From NCBI RefSeq assembly GCF_902459465.1, contig NC_047082.1, forward strand, positions 10,106,001 through 10,170,000: DNA of 64,000 nucleotides, in the 5' to 3' direction. The position numbers were made by a program, and so were the translations under genes. Position 1 is the stretch's first letter; each line of letters opens with the position of its first letter. Shown here one piece after another: positions 60,901 through 64,000 of this stretch. Under the pieces are notes generated by a model. The model worked only from the letters and a program-made list of their open reading frames with translations. It searched no databases and was not told the origin of the DNA. Source of the DNA: Asterias rubens (Eukaryota).

Positions 60901-62227
60901 GTTTTTTTTTAAATCGACGGCAGTGTCTTTTTTTTTGGTGTAACTTGTACCACCTCTTGAGTCCATCACAGCAAATCTACAAAGTTCTCTTATTATTACT
61001 TTTTCCACTTAACAGGTGCCGAAAGCAAAGTGAACCGAATGAGGATGTCTTTTTGAACCTGAAGTGGAAAGGCCAGTACAGGACCATAGCAGATCCTGAC
61101 GGCTACACTTTGGCAAATTTATTGTCCAAAAACAAGTTGCCATGCATGGTAAGCTTTAACAAATATACATAGTATATTCCATATTATCTGGTGTCAATTT
61201 CAGGGAGCTGCTAACGATATGTAGATATTTTTTCTGCTTAAATACCGCGGAAAAACTTGCAAAAAACACCGCGAGCTCAGACTTAAAATCAAGTCAAAAT
61301 TACAGTCGATATGACACTGGCTTTACGTCAGAGCAGTGACTGTTTTTTTTTTTACGTAACGTAGTTTTTGAGAAAATTATCATGATCATTTCTTACTATT
61401 AAATATTTGCATATGGTAAAGACTCCAGGCCTTTCTCAAGCATCTGAGAGCACATTGTGCAAGCAGGGGTGTTTTTTTTTCTCTTTTTTTCTCGACCATT
61501 TGAGCCCAAATTTTCACATATTTTATGGATATGTTAGGATACACCAAGTGAGAATATTGGTCCTTGACCATTAACAAAGTGTGTCCAGTGCCTTTAAATT
61601 AATCATATACTGAACTATTTCACGAGGAGCAGCGAACCTTTACAGGCGACAATCCTGCCATTCTGGTATAGTCAATACGCAAAGAATTAACGCTCATTGC
61701 GCAGAGGTGCGTTCCACGTAGTGCGCAGGGTCAACCCAGGTCCCAGGCGCTGCTTTAACTACGCGGTATGGCCACACAATGGCTAATTAACACCAATTGT
61801 ACCATCGAATCGTAGCTTAATCTGAGACATACGCATATGTATAACTAAGCACAAAACATTTTGCTTACCATAATAAGGTTACCAGTCCAAATACAATTCA
61901 ACTTGACTATCAATGACTGGTTTAACTCCTGCAGCAAGTTTTTGCTGAGCAGAAAACTATCAAGTAGGCTATATATTTTCTACCTAAGTAGCTCTATGAA
62001 ATATTGCACCCTGTTTTCTGTACCCTACTTTACACTAGTTTGGTTCCTCGACATGCAGGTTAGCCTCCGAAGCCCAGAAGATCACGTGTCTCAGCTGTCA
62101 GGCTCCATCAGCAGCTTACTTCCACACCTAGAGCGCCCTCTTGTGCTTGAAAGGGAGATCACGACCGAATTTCTGGTCGGTACGACAATCGGTGGTGGAC
62201 CTTGTTCTTCTCCCAAAGAACGTTTTG
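57964..62227 (+). CDS. CABIT-domain protein (GAREM/THEMIS/Serrano-like), 5' part; continues beyond the window
   Basis: Exons 57964-58064, 58560-58686, 59094-59362, 61016-61148, 62059-62227 join in frame: KLPTLVRIGEGHYG..EVVKLHG..V.A; YKSVRQL..P.CVVV..GDIL; a second YTL..L....LPCMV start. Confidence 0.65.
59525..59855. mobile_element. MITE family B
   Basis: TTAA|AGCCATTGGATACTTTCGGTA; homologous to 1903-2255. Confidence 0.8.
60394..60930. mobile_element. MITE family A interrupted in its right TIR by family H (60753-60920; another H copy 38845-39002)
   Basis: gtgtc-cag[CCGTCGATTT...AAATCGACGG]cag-tgtcttt. Confidence 0.8.
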
Positions 62228-62305
62228 GTAAGTTTTATCATAAACACCGGCCCGTCACAATTAAGGAAGACAAAACAGTAATTTAATTACATTTTACAAA
62301 TATAA

Positions 62306-62671
62306 AGACAGAGGACACTATTGGTTATTGTCAAAGACCAGTCTTCTCACTTGGTGTATCTCAACATTTGCATAAAATAACAAACCTGTGAAAATTTGAG
62401 CTCAATTGGTCGTCGAAGTTGCGAGATAAAAATGAAATAAAAAACACCCTTGTCACACGAAGTTGTGTGCGTTTAGATGGTTGATTTCGAGACCTCAAGG
62501 TCTCGAAATCAAATTCGTGGAAAATTACTTCTTTCTCGAAAACTACGTCACATTAGAGGGTGCTGTTTCCTCACAGTGTTTTATACCACTAACCTCTCCC
62601 CATCACTCGTTACCAAGTAAGGTTTTATGCTAATAATTATTTTGAGTAATTATCGATAGTGTCCTCTGCCT
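62306..62671. mobile_element. MITE family A
   Basis: TIRs AGACAGAGGACAC / GTGTCCTCTGCCT. Confidence 0.88.
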
Positions 62672-63291
62672 TTAACAAAGGAAAATGGACTAAACTAATA
62701 ACTAAAGGAACATTGCAGAAAAAACTCGTCTTAGACCTCAGATTTACATAAAACATTCACGGTCTAATGATGATGATAGATAAAAACATCTCTTGAAATA
62801 GTTCTGTCTGAATGAGAAATAAATAACACTAAATTCCCACTCGGAGTTTATCGCTCAGTAAGCGTTTGTTTTATTCAAAAAAATGTTTTAAATTGATGTC
62901 ATGCAAATTAATCGGTTTTCACTATTTTCTCGTGACCCAGATGGCCGATCGATCTCAATTTTCTACAGGTTTGTCGGTTTATGTATGTGGTGGATTACAA
63001 CAAGTGCTTACCCTGCCCTGTTAGCAAAAAAAAACAAATTCTGTAATGCATTGAGAGGCAACAATGAATGAAAATAATATTAAGACAGCTTGTTAATTAT
63101 TTTTACTTTCAAATTAAATGACATCCTGTAAGAAACCGACATCCTGAAAGCAGGATGTCATTTTCCAGAGATAATCATCTTATGATGTTGAACTGAAAGT
63201 GGGGTGTCGTCTTATAGATGTGTATATCGGGTTGAGAGGTTTGGGTACTTTTTGTAGGAAACTAAACACAAAGTCCGCAGATTTACATCAA

Positions 63292-63651
63292 AGGCAGTGG
63301 AAACTATTGGTATTTACTCAAAATAATTATTCGCATAAAACCTTACTTGGTAATGAGTAATGGGGAGAGGTTGATAGTATGAAACATTGTGAGAAACAGC
63401 TCCCTCTGAAGTGAAGTGACGTAGTGTTCGAAAAAGAAGTATTTTTCCACGAATTTGATTTCGAGACCTCATAATTAAGTTTTTAGGTCTCGAAATCAAG
63501 CATCTGAAAGCACACAACTTCGTGTGACAAGGTATCTCTTATAGTTATCTCGCAACTTCGACGACCAATTGAGCTCAAATTTTCACATTATGTTGAGATA
63601 CACCAAGTGAGGAGACTGGTCTTTGACAATTACCAATAGTGTACAGAGTAT
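63292..63651. mobile_element. MITE family A nested in a family-C element
   Basis: Flanks rejoin to the family-C sequence seen at 20305-20500. Confidence 0.8.
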
Positions 63652-64000
63652 TTAAATTTACACAGTTTGAAGATTGATAGTAGAAAGCTTCCCTTGAATT
63701 ACTATTCCTTGCTGAGGTGCTGTAGTTTTGGAAAAATGAGTAAAAGAATGTCACGATTTTTTGTGCATGTACAGCGTATTTACAAACTCCCACAAGGGGA
63801 TGAAAACGCCAAACTGGCAACAGCCAATTTTGTTTCATACAAACATTGGTTTAACGACGTCTATATGAATAACACAAACCAAGAAATTGTTATTCAGTTA
63901 CTATACTACAATACTTATCCATAGTCATTGTGAAAGCAGCGGTTTGCTGAGGGATTCGACCTTACAACCATGTAGTTGCAAGTCCTGGGCCCAATTTCAT

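Noticed and set aside
61815-61850. Reverse strand catatgcgtatgtctcagattaagc resembles the 5' end of 18S rRNA
   Set aside because: Only ~25 nt with indels and no flanking similarity; consistent with chance

Overview
AT-rich, intron-rich animal genomic DNA. The gene families and repeat style suggest an invertebrate deuterostome such as an echinoderm, but that is inference and unverified. The ORF track is mostly uninformative, so genes were rebuilt by hand from GT-AG splice sites and exon phase. Contents in order: (1) the last two exons (transmembrane segment plus tail) of a + strand gene at 668-2530; (2) a 20-exon, ~1327-codon secreted/surface mosaic gene at 6126-22154 (signal peptide, WxxW, LamG/ConA-like, Ig, WxxW, WxxW, Ig, F5/8C discoidin, 4x Ig; 3' end unresolved); (3) an intronless C-type lectin + PAN/apple gene at 26858-27553 (-); (4) a repeat-rich 28-39 kb interval with satellites and a possible spliced non-coding transcript; (5) a 4-exon coiled-coil + fibrinogen C-domain gene at 40348-43620 (-); (6) a 6-exon XK-related (Xkr scramblase family) gene with an ~800-aa tail at 45783-52635 (+); (7) the first 5 exons of a CABIT-domain gene at 57964->62227 (+). 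About 20 copies or fragments of one ~370-bp TTAA-flanked (Kolobok-like) MITE are present, with several sister families, plus Harbinger-like (3-bp TSD) and Mutator-like (9-bp TSD) MITEs and tRNA-derived SINEs. The most unusual observations are a MITE that captured 227 bp of DNA from 19 kb away, a 37-bp inverted exon copy embedded in an intronic microsatellite, and an in-frame duplicated splice acceptor.
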